A stretch of DNA of 63,849 nt, counting the filler, from Octopus bimaculoides (lineage: Eukaryota): NCBI RefSeq assembly GCF_001194135.2. It is 7 parts of 6 records of this genome, joined end to end, with 100 filler letters (N's around TTAATTAATTAA, not from the genome) between each part and the next. Parts side by side here need not be neighbours in the genome. Positions count along the whole stretch, not along the records: positions 19,183 to 39,929 come from NC_068981.1; positions 40,030 to 46,908 come from NC_068989.1; positions 47,009 to 52,937 come from NC_068986.1; positions 53,038 to 62,538 come from NC_068981.1; 3 more parts are not named here. One strand, written 5' to 3'. The translations under genes and the position numbers were made by a program. Each line of letters begins with the position of its first letter. The stretch's first letter is position 1. Below, piece after piece: positions 38,876-53,282 of the stretch. Under the pieces are notes generated by a model, which made no database searches, was not told where the DNA came from, and saw only the letters and a program-made list of their open reading frames with translations.

Positions 38876-39232
38876 AATAGTAAATGTCTTATCAGTACTA
38901 GAAGTCACAATTATCTTCAGAGTAACATACTTTAATCAAAAATTAATAAGTCAATACATAAAAACAAAATGAGAAATGCAAAATGGTATAATGAGTAGTT
39001 TGAGCTAAGCAAGGAAACAGCTGATGTATTTAATACATTCAATCTAAAGATGGAAACTAAGATAAACACAAGTACAACTCTGAAAGCAAATAGTAACTGA
39101 CTCAGCAAGCTCTCTCTCTATCTCTTTCTCTCATTCTACAGCACAACAACCCTCAGCAATGTCTTACATTTACCATGGTTAGCCAATACCTTTTAAGCAG
39201 AGTTAGATATACCAAAACTGTGTGTGTATGTA

Positions 39233-39600
39233 TCATCATCATTGTTTCGTGTCTGTTTTTCCAAACCAGTATGGGTTGGGTGGTACTATTGTGTCAGAAG
39301 CTCTTGGATATGACACCTTTCTGTATGTACTACCTGATTGACTGAGTGAGCAACTAGCAAGTTCTATCTTTCTTCACCATATGTTTTCAGCATCTTAGTA
39401 ACTATCCCTGCCATTATTACCTTAAATCCCACCTTTGATCATACAGCTGTCAACTTCAACATTAGATCTGCTTGGAATAACAAGTGCACTGCCATCATTC
39501 AGCTCACACTTCTCTCCAACAGCATGTAAACTCTCTCTAGCAAACCCTTTGCAATCCATTATAAACATATTTCACACACACTTTCCACAACTATCTCCCA
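39233..39600 (-). mobile_element. Decayed, internally deleted RTE LINE remnant
   Basis: RTE 3' tail at about 39233-39290, plus a minus-strand translation resembling ...VTKMLKTYGE...HSVNQVV..GVI of the RTE pre-RT region seen at about 62400-62538. Confidence 0.5.
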
Positions 39601-39644
39601 CGTGGTCTCTCTTTCTCTCTCACCAACAAATATGTCACTGCCAT

Positions 39645-39679
<35 letters not shown>

Positions 39680-40029
39680 ACAAATATGTCGCTGCCATTA
39701 CCCCCCACCAATGTCCTGCACTATTACTGACCTCTCATTACACTATTATCATTGTCTCTCTTCCATTACACCTAGCAATGTATCTCCTATTTCTCTTCTC
39801 CCACACTGTCATCCAATAGTTTTGGATCAAAATCGTCATTCTTCGCTTGTCAGACAAGTTTTTTTAGGACAAGATTAAAAGTAATAATCTTACACATATT
39901 TTATGTAAATAAATAAATATATATATATANNNNNNNNNNNNNNNNNNNNNNNNNNNNNNNNNNNNNNNNNNNNTTAATTAATTAANNNNNNNNNNNNNNN
40001 NNNNNNNNNNNNNNNNNNNNNNNNNNNNN

Positions 40030-40067
<38 letters not shown>

Positions 40068-40478
40068 TTCTTTTGTTTCAGCCATTTGATTGCAGCCATG
40101 CTGGAATACCACCTTTTAGTCAAACAAATCGACCCCAGGACTTATTGTTTGTAAGCTTGGTACTTATTCTTTCGTTCTCTTTTGCCGATCTGCTAAGTTA
40201 CGGGGACGTAAACACACCAACACCGGTTGTCAAGCAACGGTGGGGGAAACAAACGCAGACAATGATACACAGATAAATATATATATACATATATATATAA
40301 GACGGGCTTCTTTCAGTTTCCGTCTACCAGATCCACTCACATGGCTGTGGTCGGCCCGAGGCTATAGTAGAAGAACCTTGGCCAAGGTGACAAGCAGTGG
40401 GACTGAATCCAGAACCATGTCGTTGGGAAGCAAGCTTCTTACCACGCTGCCACGCCTGTATGTATATGCATATGTGTA

Positions 40479-40516
<38 letters not shown>

Positions 40517-41594
40517 NNNNNNNNNNNNNNNNNNNNNNNNNNNNNNNNNNNNNNNNNNNNNNNNNNNNNNNNNNNNNNNNNNNNNNNNNNNNNNNNNNNN
40601 NNNNNNNNNNNNNNNNNNNNNNNNNNNNNNNNNNNNNNNNNNNNNNNNNNNNNNNNNNNNNNNNNNNNNNNNNNNNNNNNNNNNNNNNNNNNNNNNNNNN
40701 NNNNNNNNNNNNNNNNNNNNNNNNNNNNNNNNNNNNNNNNNNNNNNNNNNNNNNNNNNNNNNNNNNNNNNNNNNNNNNNNNNNNNNNNNNNNNNTATATT
40801 GTTGTACTTGGGGATGGTCATATTGCCAGTTTAGCCAATATATATATATATATTCAGGTGTGTGTTTGTGTACATTTGTATGGTTATACATTGTACTTCT
40901 GTCTAGAAAAAGTTTCGATGGTCACGACGGGAGCGCCTTTGATCATAAATCATCTTGATAAGGATTAAAACGGAAACAGCAACGACAATGACACGACAGT
41001 GACGACGACAGTAAAAGAGACTTAATTTTCCATTTCCAAATTTCTTCAGCTGTCAAATATTTTTTACGGTAAGAGAATTATTACCTAGAAATAAATTCTA
41101 GGCTATATACGAGCTATATGATAAAGATCAACTGTATGAAGTTAACTGGAAAACCAGAATCATTCATAGTCGCAAGCGTGGCTGTGTAAGTAAGAAGCTT
41201 GCTTCCCAACCACATAGTTCCGGGTTCAATCCCGCTGCGTGTCACTTTGGGCAAGTGTTTTCTACTATAGCCTCGAGCCAACCAAAACCTTGTGAGTGGA
41301 TTTGGTAGACGGAAACTGAAAGAAGCTCGTCGTATGTATGTGTATGTGTGTGTGTGTGTGTGTATCTATATGTGTGCGTCTGTGTTTGTCCCCTTCATTC
41401 ACTATCGCTTGAGAACCGGTGTTGGCGTGTTTACGTCCGCGTAACATAACGGTTCGGCAAAAGAAACCCGATAGAATAAGCACCAGGCTCACAAAGAATA
41501 AGACCGGGGATCGATTTCTTAGACTAAAAGGCGGTGCTCCAGCATGGCCACAATCAAATGACAGAAACAAGTAAAAGAACATATGAAGGAAATT

Positions 41595-41940
41595 GTTGTA
41601 TACAGTGCTCAAGTAACGATTGATGCGGGTAGTTTATTCCATGCTTCATCAATTCTTAGCATGAAAAAATGTTTCCGAAAGTCATGGGTGCTGTCTTGGT
41701 TTTTGATTTTGTAAGCATATCGACAAGTGTTTGACATATTGAAATCAAAATGCTGGCCAAAGTTGTTGTTGGAAAGATGGTGAATAATCTTGTAGGTGTC
41801 TACCGAGTCAGTTGCCAGACGTCTGAGCTGCAATGTTTCCATGCCTAGGGAAGTAAGGCGTTCAGAGTGTGGTAGATGACTGACGGCAGGGATTCGTGTT
41901 GTTGCTCATTTCATAGAGATGATGCAATATGGTGTTGGAG
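41595..41940 (-). mobile_element. CR1/L2-like LINE 3' coding remnant
   Basis: RIPAVSHLPHSERLTSLGMETLQLRRLATDSVDTYKII...RKHFFMLRIDEAWNKLP matches the CR1-type C-terminal pattern Y.ERL..L.L.TLE.RR...D....YKI...R..FF..RV...WN.LP. Confidence 0.8.
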
Positions 41941-42703
41941 ATTGAAGGCAAAGAATCTTTGCAGAGCGGTCTCACTTGTATTGTTATAAAGGCTTTATGT
42001 GAAACTAGTGGAGGCGCAATGGCCCAGTGGTTAGAGCAGCGGACTTGCGGTCATAGGATCGCGGTTTCGACTCCCAGACCGGGCGTTGTGACTGTTTATT
42101 GAGGGAAAACACCTAAATCTCCACGAGGCTCCGGCAGGGGATGGTGGCGAACACTGCTGTACTCTTCCACCACAACTTTCTCTCACTCTTACTTCCTGTT
42201 TCTGTTGTGCCTGTAATTCAAAGGGTCAGCCTTGTCACACTGTGTCACGCTGAATATCCCCGAGGGCNNNNNNNNNNNNNNNNNNNNNNNNNNNNNNNNN
42301 NNNNNNNNNNNNNNNNNNNNNNNNNNNNNNNNNNNNNNNNNNNNNNNNNNNNNNNNNNNNNNNNNNNNNNNNNNNNNNNNNNNNNNNNNNNNNNNNNNNN
42401 NNNNNNNNNNNNNNNNNNNNNNNNNNNNNNNNNNNNNNNNNNNNNNNNNNNNNNNNNNNNNNNNNNNNNNNNNNNNNNNNNNNNNNNNNNNNNNNNNNNN
42501 NNNNNNNNNNNNNNNNNNNNNNNNNNNNNNNNNNNNNNNNNNNNNNNNNNNNNNNNNNNNNNNNNNNNNNNNNNNNNNNNNNNNNNNNNNNNNNNNNNNN
42601 NNNNNNNNNNNNNNNNNNNNNNNNNNNNNNNNNNNNNNNNNNNNNNNNNNNNNNNNNNNNNNNNNNNNNNNNNNNNNNNNNNNNNNNNNNNNNNNNNNNN
42701 NNN

Positions 42704-42741
<38 letters not shown>

Positions 42742-43133
42742 CGACGGACTTCTTTCAGTTTCCGTCTACCAAATTCCCTCACAACCTTCGGTCGGCCTGA
42801 GGCTATAGTAGAAGATATTTGCCCAAGGTTCCACGCAGTGGGACTGAATCTAGGACCCTGTGGCTGGTGAGCAAGTTTCTTACCACACAGTGACGTCTGC
42901 GCCTATATAGAATTATTTTGCATAGTATATTATTTCATGTATTTCCTACATGTGTTGATATATGTCACGTCATACGAATATATGTCTTCACAATCGTTCT
43001 ACATGTAGGGAAAAAATATAAATTGACACTAAACGAGAGAAACGTTTAAAGGATTTTTTTTATTTGCGTTACACTTTGGTTCATTTAATATATGCATGCA
43101 CACAGGCAGGAACAAACTAACATACAAATATAC

Positions 43134-43200
<67 letters not shown>

Positions 43201-45508
43201 NNNNNNNNNNNNNNNNNNNNNNNNNNNNNNNNNNNNNNNNNNNNNNNNNNNNNNNNNNNNNNNNNNNNNNNNNNNNNNNNNNNNNNNNNNNNNNNNNNNN
43301 NNNNNNNNNNNNNNNNNNNNNNNNNNNNNNNNNNNNNNNNNNNNNNNNNNNNNNNNNNNNNNNNNNNNNNNNNNNNNNNNNNNNNNNNNNNNNNNNNNNN
43401 NNNNNNNNNNNNNNNNNNNNNNNNNNNNNNNNNNNNNNNNNNNNNNNNNNNNNNNNNNNNNNNNNNNNNNNNNNNNNNNNNNNNNNNNNNNNNNNNNNNN
43501 NNNNNNNNNNNNNNNNNNNNNNNNNNNNNNNNNNNNNNNNNNNNNNNNNNNNNNNNNNNNNNNNNNNNNNNNNNNNNNNNNNNNNNNNNNNNNNNNNNNN
43601 NNNNNNNNNNNNNNNNNNNNNNNNNNNNNNNNNNNNNNNNNNNNNNNNNNNNNNNNNNNNNNNNNNNNNNNNNNNNNNNNNNNNNNNNNNNNNNNNNNNN
43701 NNNNNNNNNNNNNNNNNNNNNNNNNNNNNNNNNNNNNNNNNNNNNNNNNNNNNNNNNATATATATGAGAGAAAGGTTTTAGAATGCCTCGTTATATTTAT
43801 ATGTTTATATATACAAGCGTATATTTATGCATCTGTACGTTTATGTGTGTGTAGACATACATGCACACACACACACACACACGCACGCACGCACGCACAC
43901 ATGCATATATGGTACCATACGACATTTGAGAAGCCGAAAATACTGCAGTAGTCTGAGAGTTGTTTAATAAGGTGATATGATATGATCCTTGGCCAAATTA
44001 AAAGCTAAATAAACAAAAAACCTCCAAATTACTTTAACATGTTGTTTTCAATAAAAAAGATTAATCAAAAGATTTAAATTGGAAGTGTTGTGCCAAACCA
44101 ATATAAATACACATAGAATTTCACTAAACTGTACACCCACCCACACACATAATCTGTCGCCAATCGACTCCACTTCAACAACACATATGAAATATTTCAG
44201 CAAAACCATGGTGGTGCTCCAGCATGACCACTGCAACATGGCTGAAACGAATAAAAGAAGGAAAAACTTCTACCTTTTACATGTTTCAGTCATTAGACAG
44301 TGGCCATGCTGGGGCACCACCTTAAATTTTTAGTCTAAGGACTAAATCGATCTTGGCTCTTCTTTTTAAAGCCTGGTAATTATTCCATCAATCACTTTTG
44401 CCCGAACCGTTAGGTTACGGAGAGGCGAACACACCAACACCCGTTGTCAAGCGGTGTTTGTAGGACAAACAGAGACACAAGATAGTTATTTGGGTATAGC
44501 CTTAAACTTAGGTACGAATTTATTCTACACTTGCCGCAAACCTATAGAAAGATTGATATTTAAGCAAAAATTCGAATCACATTCATTCTATTATGATACG
44601 AAAATTTATCCCTTACTTTGTTAAACATATAATCTTATTATCTTCAAATTAGGCCGCATTCATTGGTATTTCACAAAATTAGAATGAACTAACTCGTTAT
44701 AGAAATACATTAGAAAGCACAAAATGCTCTAATGCACTCAGCCTGAGAATTAACAAAGAAAGATCATATAGCATAATCCAACCTCCACTTTAAATGTGCT
44801 GACTCACATTGCTGGCCAGAGAGAAGAGCATCAACCATAACGCTATAAAGAAGGGAAGAGGTTATCCTTAAATCACAAACCTAGCCAGAATGCTGGCAAC
44901 AAGAGTAAACTCTACTAAAAGAAATCATTTAAGCGAAAAATTATTCATATAATTTCAAGACATTGATGAATTAAATGCCTGATCAGATATGTCAAGCCAT
45001 GGTAGACTTAAATCGAAGTATATACTTAGCAATTATGTACCCCTAAGTAACTTACTCAAGCAGTACTCTGTGTGTTCTACGTATGGTTAACTATTAACTT
45101 TTATCATTTACAAATTAAAAAAATATATATAGATGCCTAGATAACTCAAGCTATTTCCCTTGCAATGTTACATTTTACACACGTAAAGATCCACATTTTA
45201 CACTTGTGCAACACTACATAAGTATGCTTTCTATACACATTTAATTTTCTTCTATCTGACACATCATTTTGTATCATTTATATTTTTCATTCTAAGTGTC
45301 AAACGCTTCTCGTTTTTCAAACAACAGCTTTATAGTATGTTTTTCCCACATCATCCAATCGGCGTTCCTTATGATATTTAAACATTTTGACTGCATGCCT
45401 ATTGTATATCAAATTTCCGCTTACAGCTTTTTTATAATCGTCTAAACGTCGCAAGTAACCATTTATAATTACGACTCATAGAGTGCAGTATTTGCAATCC
45501 CTTATATA

Positions 45509-46400
45509 TACGGGAGTGGACGAAATAATGGAAACATATAGCAAATAAAATATTTAACTATTTTTTTATTTGCTATATGTGAAATCCAGAACTATTCTAG
45601 ATTAGGTATGTGTGATCATTTGCAATTTATGTCTTGTAGGTCAGGTATAGCTTTCAGCTCTTCTTTAGCAGATATTTATATTTAAATAAGTTAAAATATG
45701 TGATCTATCTTATGACAGCAAATTGTTGGAACACAGATGACTGGAACATCAGTCACTAAAACTGCTTTTACTATTTCGTGAGGTCCAGTCTCCAAAATCT
45801 TGGTAGTATTCCAAAACCAATGTAAAACCAGCCCTGGCAAGAATAATTCTACACCGAAGGTAAAACCCCTGAGAAATGAATCGCATAATAATCAAACGTA
45901 TTATGTATAAAAATCCCGTTGAACTACGCCACGAAAGCTAAACCAGCACCTTGTTAAATCTCTTGTCTTCTATCAATACTGATAACCAGAAAACGAAAAA
46001 AAAAAATTTTGCGTCTAAACTATCAGAAGTGATCAATGGCTGAATGAAACAACATTTGCCCTGATAAATCATCAATCATCTTTTCCCACTTTGGGGCTAT
46101 TTTATGTCTGGAGACAGACCAAAGAAACTTTCAGCTCTGATTCATTATCCCCTATCGTGAAGCATGGCTCTGTGATGTCTAAGGCAGGAGTATCACGAAA
46201 TTCTCTTGGCCATTTCGTTAATACCAAAAACTGTTCCCTGGTGGTAGTTCAATCTTCAGTGATGATAATCCACTAGTTCACAAGGTTAATATTATACAAA
46301 ATTGGTAAGAAGTTAAGTAGACCATTTGGATTAGATCCCACAATCACAAAATCTTGATATATTCGAACAATTGCGGTGCATTTTTGGAGCAGCAATTAGA
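45509..46400 (+). mobile_element. Tc1-family transposon remnant
   Basis: 46103-46400 reads YVWRQTKETFSSDSLSPIVKHGSVM and FPGGSSIFSDDNPLVHK...QNW*, then SQNLDIFEQL (Tc1 VKHGGGSVMVW / FQDDNAP.H / QSPDLN). A Tc1-like terminal sequence TA|cgggagtggacgaaataatggaaaca lies at about 45509-45536; its link to the coding remnant is inferred. Confidence 0.55.
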
Positions 46401-46872
46401 AGCCATTCCTCCCCCACCACTATCGTCGCTGAAAGAGCTAAACAGACCTTCCTTGAAGAAGGGCTCAAATTTCCCCCAACAGCCTATATACCCAATTTGA
46501 GACCAATTGGAACAAAATTGTAAGCAGTGACGATAACATCAAAGATCTCAACTCCGCTCATAATATCTTGTTTTATTTCTTTTTATATTATTTCAAGCAT
46601 AGTATACTTAGAATTACCTTACACAATGGGGTCTTTACATTTTAAGACAACAAAACAAGAGCAGAGCGAATTCTGGGTGCTATTTCTAGCATTTCTAACG
46701 ACCACGTAGAGGGCCCCTCGTTTTCTCGTAGAAATGATGTAGTTATGAAATGAAAGAAATAACACAAAAAAGATGGATTCTTTGGCGACAAAATGAGAAA
46801 ATAATGGTATGTGCAATGTTAGTGAATGTGTTTGTATGTATATATGTATGCATGTATACATGTGTATATATA

Positions 46873-46908
<36 letters not shown>

Positions 46909-47008
46909 NNNNNNNNNNNNNNNNNNNNNNNNNNNNNNNNNNNNNNNNNNNNTTAATTAATTAANNNNNNNNNNNNNNNNNNNNNNNNNNNNNNNNNNNN
47001 NNNNNNNN

Positions 47009-48252
47009 TTTCTCTTTGGATTGTTAGGTTGAATCGTCAGCATGGTACTATTAGTCAAGAAATCATTCAAGAGAAAGCGTTGTCTTTGAGGACCTGAAGA
47101 AAAAATATCCAGATGAGGAAGATGTAGAGTTCAAGGCAAGTCAAGGATGAGATTTAAGGAGCGAAGAAGTTATCACTCCATTAAGAAGCAAGGTGAAAGT
47201 GCATCAGCTGGCGAACAAGCAGCAGCAGAATTTTCTAATGCATTGAAGAAAATCGTCGAAGAAAACGGGTTTCTTCCCAAACAGATTTTTAACGTAGACG
47301 AAACTGGATTGTATTGGAAAAAATTGCCAGACCATTCATTCATTTCCAAGGAGGAGAAAACTATTCCAGGCTACAAGATCTCAAAAGAACGTGTGTCCAT
47401 TATGTTGGGAGGTAACTGTGCAGGAAATTTTATGTTAAAGCCATTGCCCCGTGACCTGAAGAACATACCCAAGGCGTCTCTCCCTGTTATATGGATGGCT
47501 AATTCAAAAGCATAGGCTATTGTTGTTGTTTTTGAAGATTGGTTCTTCAATCATTTTATCCCAGCAGAAGAGAAATACTGTAAGGAGAAGGAGATTTCTT
47601 TTAGGGTTTTACTTATCTTAGATAATGTTCATGGCCACCCGCAAAACATCGTAGATTTTGACCCCAACGTTACCGTCGTATACCTCCCTCCGAACACCAC
47701 GTCTCTTCTGTAGCCAATGGATCAGAGAATAATTGCTATTTTCAAGCGTTACTATATGAAGCGTACGCTGCGGTAAGCAATAGCTGTAACTGATCTTGAT
47801 GAGTCCATTACACTTCATGACTTTTGGAAGAGATACAATATCTACAAGATTGTACAGAACGTAACAGCGGCATGGAATGATGTACAGAGCACGGCTATGA
47901 ATGGTGTATGGGAGAAGTATGCCCGCAATTCGTGATGACTTTAAGAGGTTTGATAATATTGCCATCATCAAAAAGTTGGTGACTACGAGCAAAGAACTGG
48001 AAAAGGATTTGGAGGAGGAGAATTTCACAGATTTATTTGAAAAAGACAAGTAGCCCCTATTGAGCGATGATTTGATAGAGCTTCCCGAGCAGCAAAATGA
48101 AGAAGAGGGAGTTGATCCTGAGCCACGTCACTTTACCGCGAAGAAAATGCAGCAAGCATTTGCATATATTGAAAGTCTTTCTATGTTTGAGGATATAGAT
48201 CCAAATGCTCAACATTTTTCCAAGATTATGGAGGCTTGTCACAAAGCTTTTG
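47009..48252 (+). mobile_element. Tigger/pogo-family transposase pseudogene
   Basis: EFKASQG..RFK; IFNVDETGLYWKKLP; SKERVSIMLGGNCAG; FEDWFFNHFIP; VLLILDNVHGHP; YLPPNTTSLL*PMDQ. All three catalytic D motifs are present, with several stops and frameshifts. The left end is cut by a spacer and the right end by a SINE. Confidence 0.93.
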
Positions 48253-49596
48253 CAGTTGATCCGATCAACGGAACAGCCTGCTCGTGAAATTAACGTGCAA
48301 GTGGCTGAGCACTCCACAGACACGTGTACTCTTAAGGTAGTTCTCGGGGATATTCAGCGTGACACAGTGTGACAAGGCTGACCCTTTGAATTACAGGCAC
48401 AACAGAAACAGGAAGAGTGAGAGAAAGTTGTTGTGAAAGAGTACAGCAGGGTTCGCCACCATCCCCTGCCGGAGCCTCGTGGAGCTGTTGGGTGTTTTCG
48501 CTCAATAAACACTCACAACGTCCGGTCTGGGAATCGAAACCGCGATCCTATGACCGCGAGTCCGCTGCCCTAACCACTGGGCCATTGCGCGGCAGATTAG
48601 CACTGATGAAACAAATCTATAATTAAAGGCATTCCAGCCATGATCATCGCTACTGTATTTGTTTGGCACAGGACTACATTAAACAACATTCTTCCTTTTT
48701 CAGACAGAAAGGTTTTCATGCGATTTCAGAGAGTAATGGCTTCTATTCCGCACAAGTGTAGCTGTCTTGTGAAGAGGAAACCTTGTTGGCAACAATATTT
48801 CTCGAGTAAAATAATAGAGAAAAAGTAATAATTTGAAGAAATATCACACACAATATGCTTAGTTTCAGTTTGATTTTGTTTCATGTTAAAAACAAAAAAA
48901 AAAATTTTTAAGGGGCGTTATTTTTTATGCAAAATAAACTCTTCTTATCCACCTATGTCAAGACACGTACAGGGTACAACGTGTTATTATACGTCGTAAA
49001 AAAAAAGGGAGGTCACCAAGGCGATCTTAACTGATGTTATTGCACAGAAGGGTTTTTGAAGTATATTTTGAGAAACTTGTATTTAAATGATGTTATATGA
49101 TCCTTGAAGTGTAGCAGGTGCAAGTAAAAGGTTCAAAGACGTAATTTACATGCAGAATTAAGGGTTTAAAAAAAGGTATTTTGGTTGATGTGTACGATCA
49201 AACATAAAGAACGATGCTGTTATTAAGGTGTTTAGGTCACTGATTTAGTGTCGACGTCACATATTCAAGATCCTTGATTAAAGATTAGAGTTAATACTGG
49301 AATACATTATATATTATATTCTATATTTTCTTCTCGACTTCTCTTTCTCCTTTCTCTCCTGTCTACCACCTCGTTACATGGACACATACATACATACATA
49401 CATACATACATACATACATACATACATTACATACATACATTCTTTAGGTGAACAGATGCACACCAGCTCGATCACATAGTTACAAACACTGGGAGATCTC
49501 TTAACTCAAAAAGTCTTGTCATTTTGTTAGCGACCAGCTTGAACTCTTTTAAGAACAGCTAAAAGAAAAAAATATATATATGCATGTATTATACAT

Positions 49597-49645
<49 letters not shown>

Positions 49646-49864
49646 CATGTATGCATACATATGTGCGTGTATGTAAATATATATGTGTATAATATATATG
49701 TGTGTGTGTTTATATATATATATATATATATTCTTTTTCCATTCTCTCTCTCTCTCTTATTACTTTCTGTCGAAGAACGTGGGCTCGAAACGTGAAAGAC
49801 TTTTTCATTAAGGTTAAAATTTATTGGAAAATAACTAACCACACAAACTTTATAACACACACAC

Positions 49865-49865
<1 letters not shown>

Positions 49866-49946
<81 letters not shown>
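49866..49946. repeat. (GATA)n microsatellite, about 20 units
   Basis: Directly visible. Confidence 0.95.
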
Positions 49947-49947
<1 letters not shown>

Positions 49948-50043
49948 TACACATACATACCCACATATATACATGTATATGTATATACACATGCATACAT
50001 ACATATATAGATAAATTGAATTCTGATCTATTATAATATACAT

Positions 50044-50128
<85 letters not shown>

Positions 50129-51083
50129 TGTGTGTGTGAACCTACATTCATGCATACACACAAACATAGACATGACATACATAGTAATTCATTAACGTCG
50201 ACATGTAGCATTCACATGTACGCATGTTAAACACACATGTATGACGCAGCGTTAAGTTGGTGATTTCCTATGGTTTATTAACTGCGTTATTATACTTCTT
50301 TAATCCGTTTTAAGCTTCATCGAAAGTAATCCGATTTCTTTCATTGGAAAGAGGATTCTGAAATCTCGAAACTCTATCAATTAAACAAATGTAAACATGT
50401 TGCGAGAGGGGGCCAATATTTTTTGTTCATAAAAGCTATTCAAAGAAATATAGACATTTCATTAGAAGATATTATTATCATCGGTTTTTTAGACGGTTTT
50501 TAGCGATTTTCTATGAGCATGCAGTAATGTAAATTGGTGGTGGTGGCGGCAATGATGGTAGTGGTAATGTTGTTGTTGTTGTTGGTGGTAGTGGTGGTGA
50601 TGGTGGTGGTGGTGGTGGTGGTTTTGGTGGTGGTGGTGGTGGTGCTGCTGTTGCTGCTTTCGATAATGGTTGGTACTGGTGATTGTAGAACTTATGCTAC
50701 TAGTGGGGTTGGTAGAGGAAGATAGACAGAAAGAGNNNNNNNNNNNNNNNNNNNNNNNNNNNNNNNNNNNNNNNNNNNNNNNNNNNNNNNNNNNNNNNNN
50801 NNNNNNNNNNNNNNNNNNNNNNNNNNNNNNNNNNNNNNNNNNNNNNNNNNNNNNNNNNNNNNNNNNNNNNNNNNNNNNNNNNNNNNNNNNNNNNNNNNNN
50901 NNNNNNNNNNNNNNNNNNNNNNNNNNNNNNNNNNNNNNNNNNNNNNTACGTTGGAAAACTCCTTTGACTCTATTTGTGCATTCGTTAGGCTTGGACAAAA
51001 GAGGAATGAAGCAAATGAATAAAATAATATTGAAAAATAGCCGAAAAATAGATAAATAAAGAAGAAGAAGAAGAAGAAGAAAC

Positions 51084-51869
51084 TTTGCGCCTACAGAGTT
51101 TCTCAACAGGCATGACAGGCGCGACACAGTTTATTCACTGGATCTGCCCCATGATAAAAACCGGTGGGAAAACAAAACCACATCCAGTGCTTGAAAATGA
51201 TCACATCTCACTCCTTTGAAACTTTACTATTCAAACTGACAGAAAGCTAGATGCAAATAGGCCAGGACTTTATATTAAAGAATTTCAGACAAAAATCATG
51301 CCTCCTCATCCATATGACTATCGCAGTCAACATAAATGTATCTGTCAAAATCTACCAAAAACTGAACAAATATAATGACCTTGAAATAGAAATTGGCGAC
51401 ATGCAGAACCTCAAGACTAAAACAATACCTGTTGTCATAGGTGCCCTAGGAAGGATAACAAAAGGGGCTGATTGCTACCTGTCTCAGATACCAGGAAACT
51501 CCAAAATGGTAGAAATCTAAGAAATAGTGCTCATGGGAACTGCTCATATCCTACGAAAAATTATTGTCTTTGTAATCCTCAAAATATTTTAGCCTGTAAG
51601 TATTGTCAAAAGTACTTTAAAATGTACATAATAGCAAACACCTTTTACTGTCATCTTAAGATCACATTATCATCTTATAATCAAATCACTCTTAAAACTT
51701 TTAGTTTTCTTATGTTTTGACAGACCTTCTCTAGAACAAATACTCTATGCAGAACCAAAAATATAGCGCCTTAGTCGTAACACCAACTTGAACTCCTAAC
51801 TTGTTGTCAGTCGATGTCTCTGGGTGAGGCTTGGAGTCAACTTGTACAAATACAAAGCAAAAGCCAAAC

Positions 51870-51870
<1 letters not shown>
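51084..51870 (+). mobile_element. 5'-truncated R4/Dong-like non-LTR retrotransposon ending in (TAA)n
   Basis: APTEFLNRHDR...; ORF 51251-51520 KLNKYNDLEIEIGDMQNLKTKTIPVVIGALG. The 3' UTR abuts (TAA)n at 51871-51969. Confidence 0.85.
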
Positions 51871-51928
<58 letters not shown>

Positions 51929-51929
51929 C

Positions 51930-51969
<40 letters not shown>
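51871..51969. repeat. (TAA)n microsatellite, about 33 units
   Basis: Directly visible. Confidence 0.97.
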
Positions 51970-51970
<1 letters not shown>

Positions 51971-52044
51971 CTACAATATTTCCAATAGTTACTGTTGTAC
52001 TCTTAGCTGGATCACAACACATAAGTATGCTGCAACACAATTTC

Positions 52045-52200
52045 TTTTCCGCAATAGGCCCTGCCATATTTAACATTGTACTAAAACAGATCAAAGAAGA
52101 AAAGGATCCCATCCACTTTAAACGGAATCTGGACAAATTTCTTCAATGAATACCAGATAAGACACCTATACTTGGATACATACAACTCACTCAACAAGGG
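52045..52200 (+). mobile_element. Short CR1-group LINE C-terminal remnant
   Basis: AIGPAIFNIVLKQIKEEKDPIHFKRNLDKFLQ*IPD resembles GP.LFN.LP..I......FK..LDKFL..IPD. Confidence 0.5.
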
Positions 52201-52602
52201 CCATGATACCACAAAACTTGACTTAAAAAGGATTTAGAAAATCCTATAAGGTGTTGCTATTAAGTTAGACATGGCCTGGACTAATCTTTGATCGAAACAT
52301 AAGTTATCTAAGTTATATATATTTGTATAATAATGGACTCTACTGTTGTTAGACGACGTATGAGGGTTCAACAATTTCTTACCGAACAACCACACAGATG
52401 ATTTGTTTATAGTGACCACCCCCTCCATCAAATTGACATTACCTGTACAAGTGCAACTGGGCGTCACATGTCAGATGTCAAAATGATCGCATAGCAACGT
52501 GAAATGAAGTGCTTTGCTCAAGAACACAACGCAACGCCGAGTTGGGAATCGAACTCGCGATCTCGCAATCATGAGTGCAACACCCTAACCACTAAGCCAT
52601 GC

Positions 52603-52663
<61 letters not shown>

Positions 52664-53243
52664 CACATATACACTGTATTTATAATAAAGATAATGACAA
52701 TAATTAACGGAGAAGAGAAAGTGTAGAGTTTATCAGCCAACACTTTATCCAAAGTCTTTATGATTTCAGCATTCCAACAAGTTGGTATCGGTCATCTGTA
52801 TGTGTACTCATACACACATTATGAGCTCTACGCCTAACATACTATGTTACGCGTGAATTTCTAAATAAAATGCACACATGGGCCGATACGTACATATGAA
52901 TATACGTACATATGAACATATATATATATATATATATNNNNNNNNNNNNNNNNNNNNNNNNNNNNNNNNNNNNNNNNNNNNTTAATTAATTAANNNNNNN
53001 NNNNNNNNNNNNNNNNNNNNNNNNNNNNNNNNNNNNNACTGAAAGTATTATCTCATATTACAATAGAGATGTTATTATTTCACTTTTGACACCTAATACT
53101 GAAATAGTGTAAGAGATAAGAGATTGTTCTGGGCTCGCATTAGGCAAAAAGTTGAAAATTTTTTGGGCCCTTGACACTGCATGGACCCTAAGTAAGGCAT
53201 GGGTAATTCTCAAGTTTTAGAGATGCACACATACAGACAGACA

Positions 53244-53282
<39 letters not shown>

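Noticed and set aside
50535-50725. Poly-Val / poly-His ORFs
   Set aside because: These are (GGT)n/(GTT)n trinucleotide repeats next to a gap.
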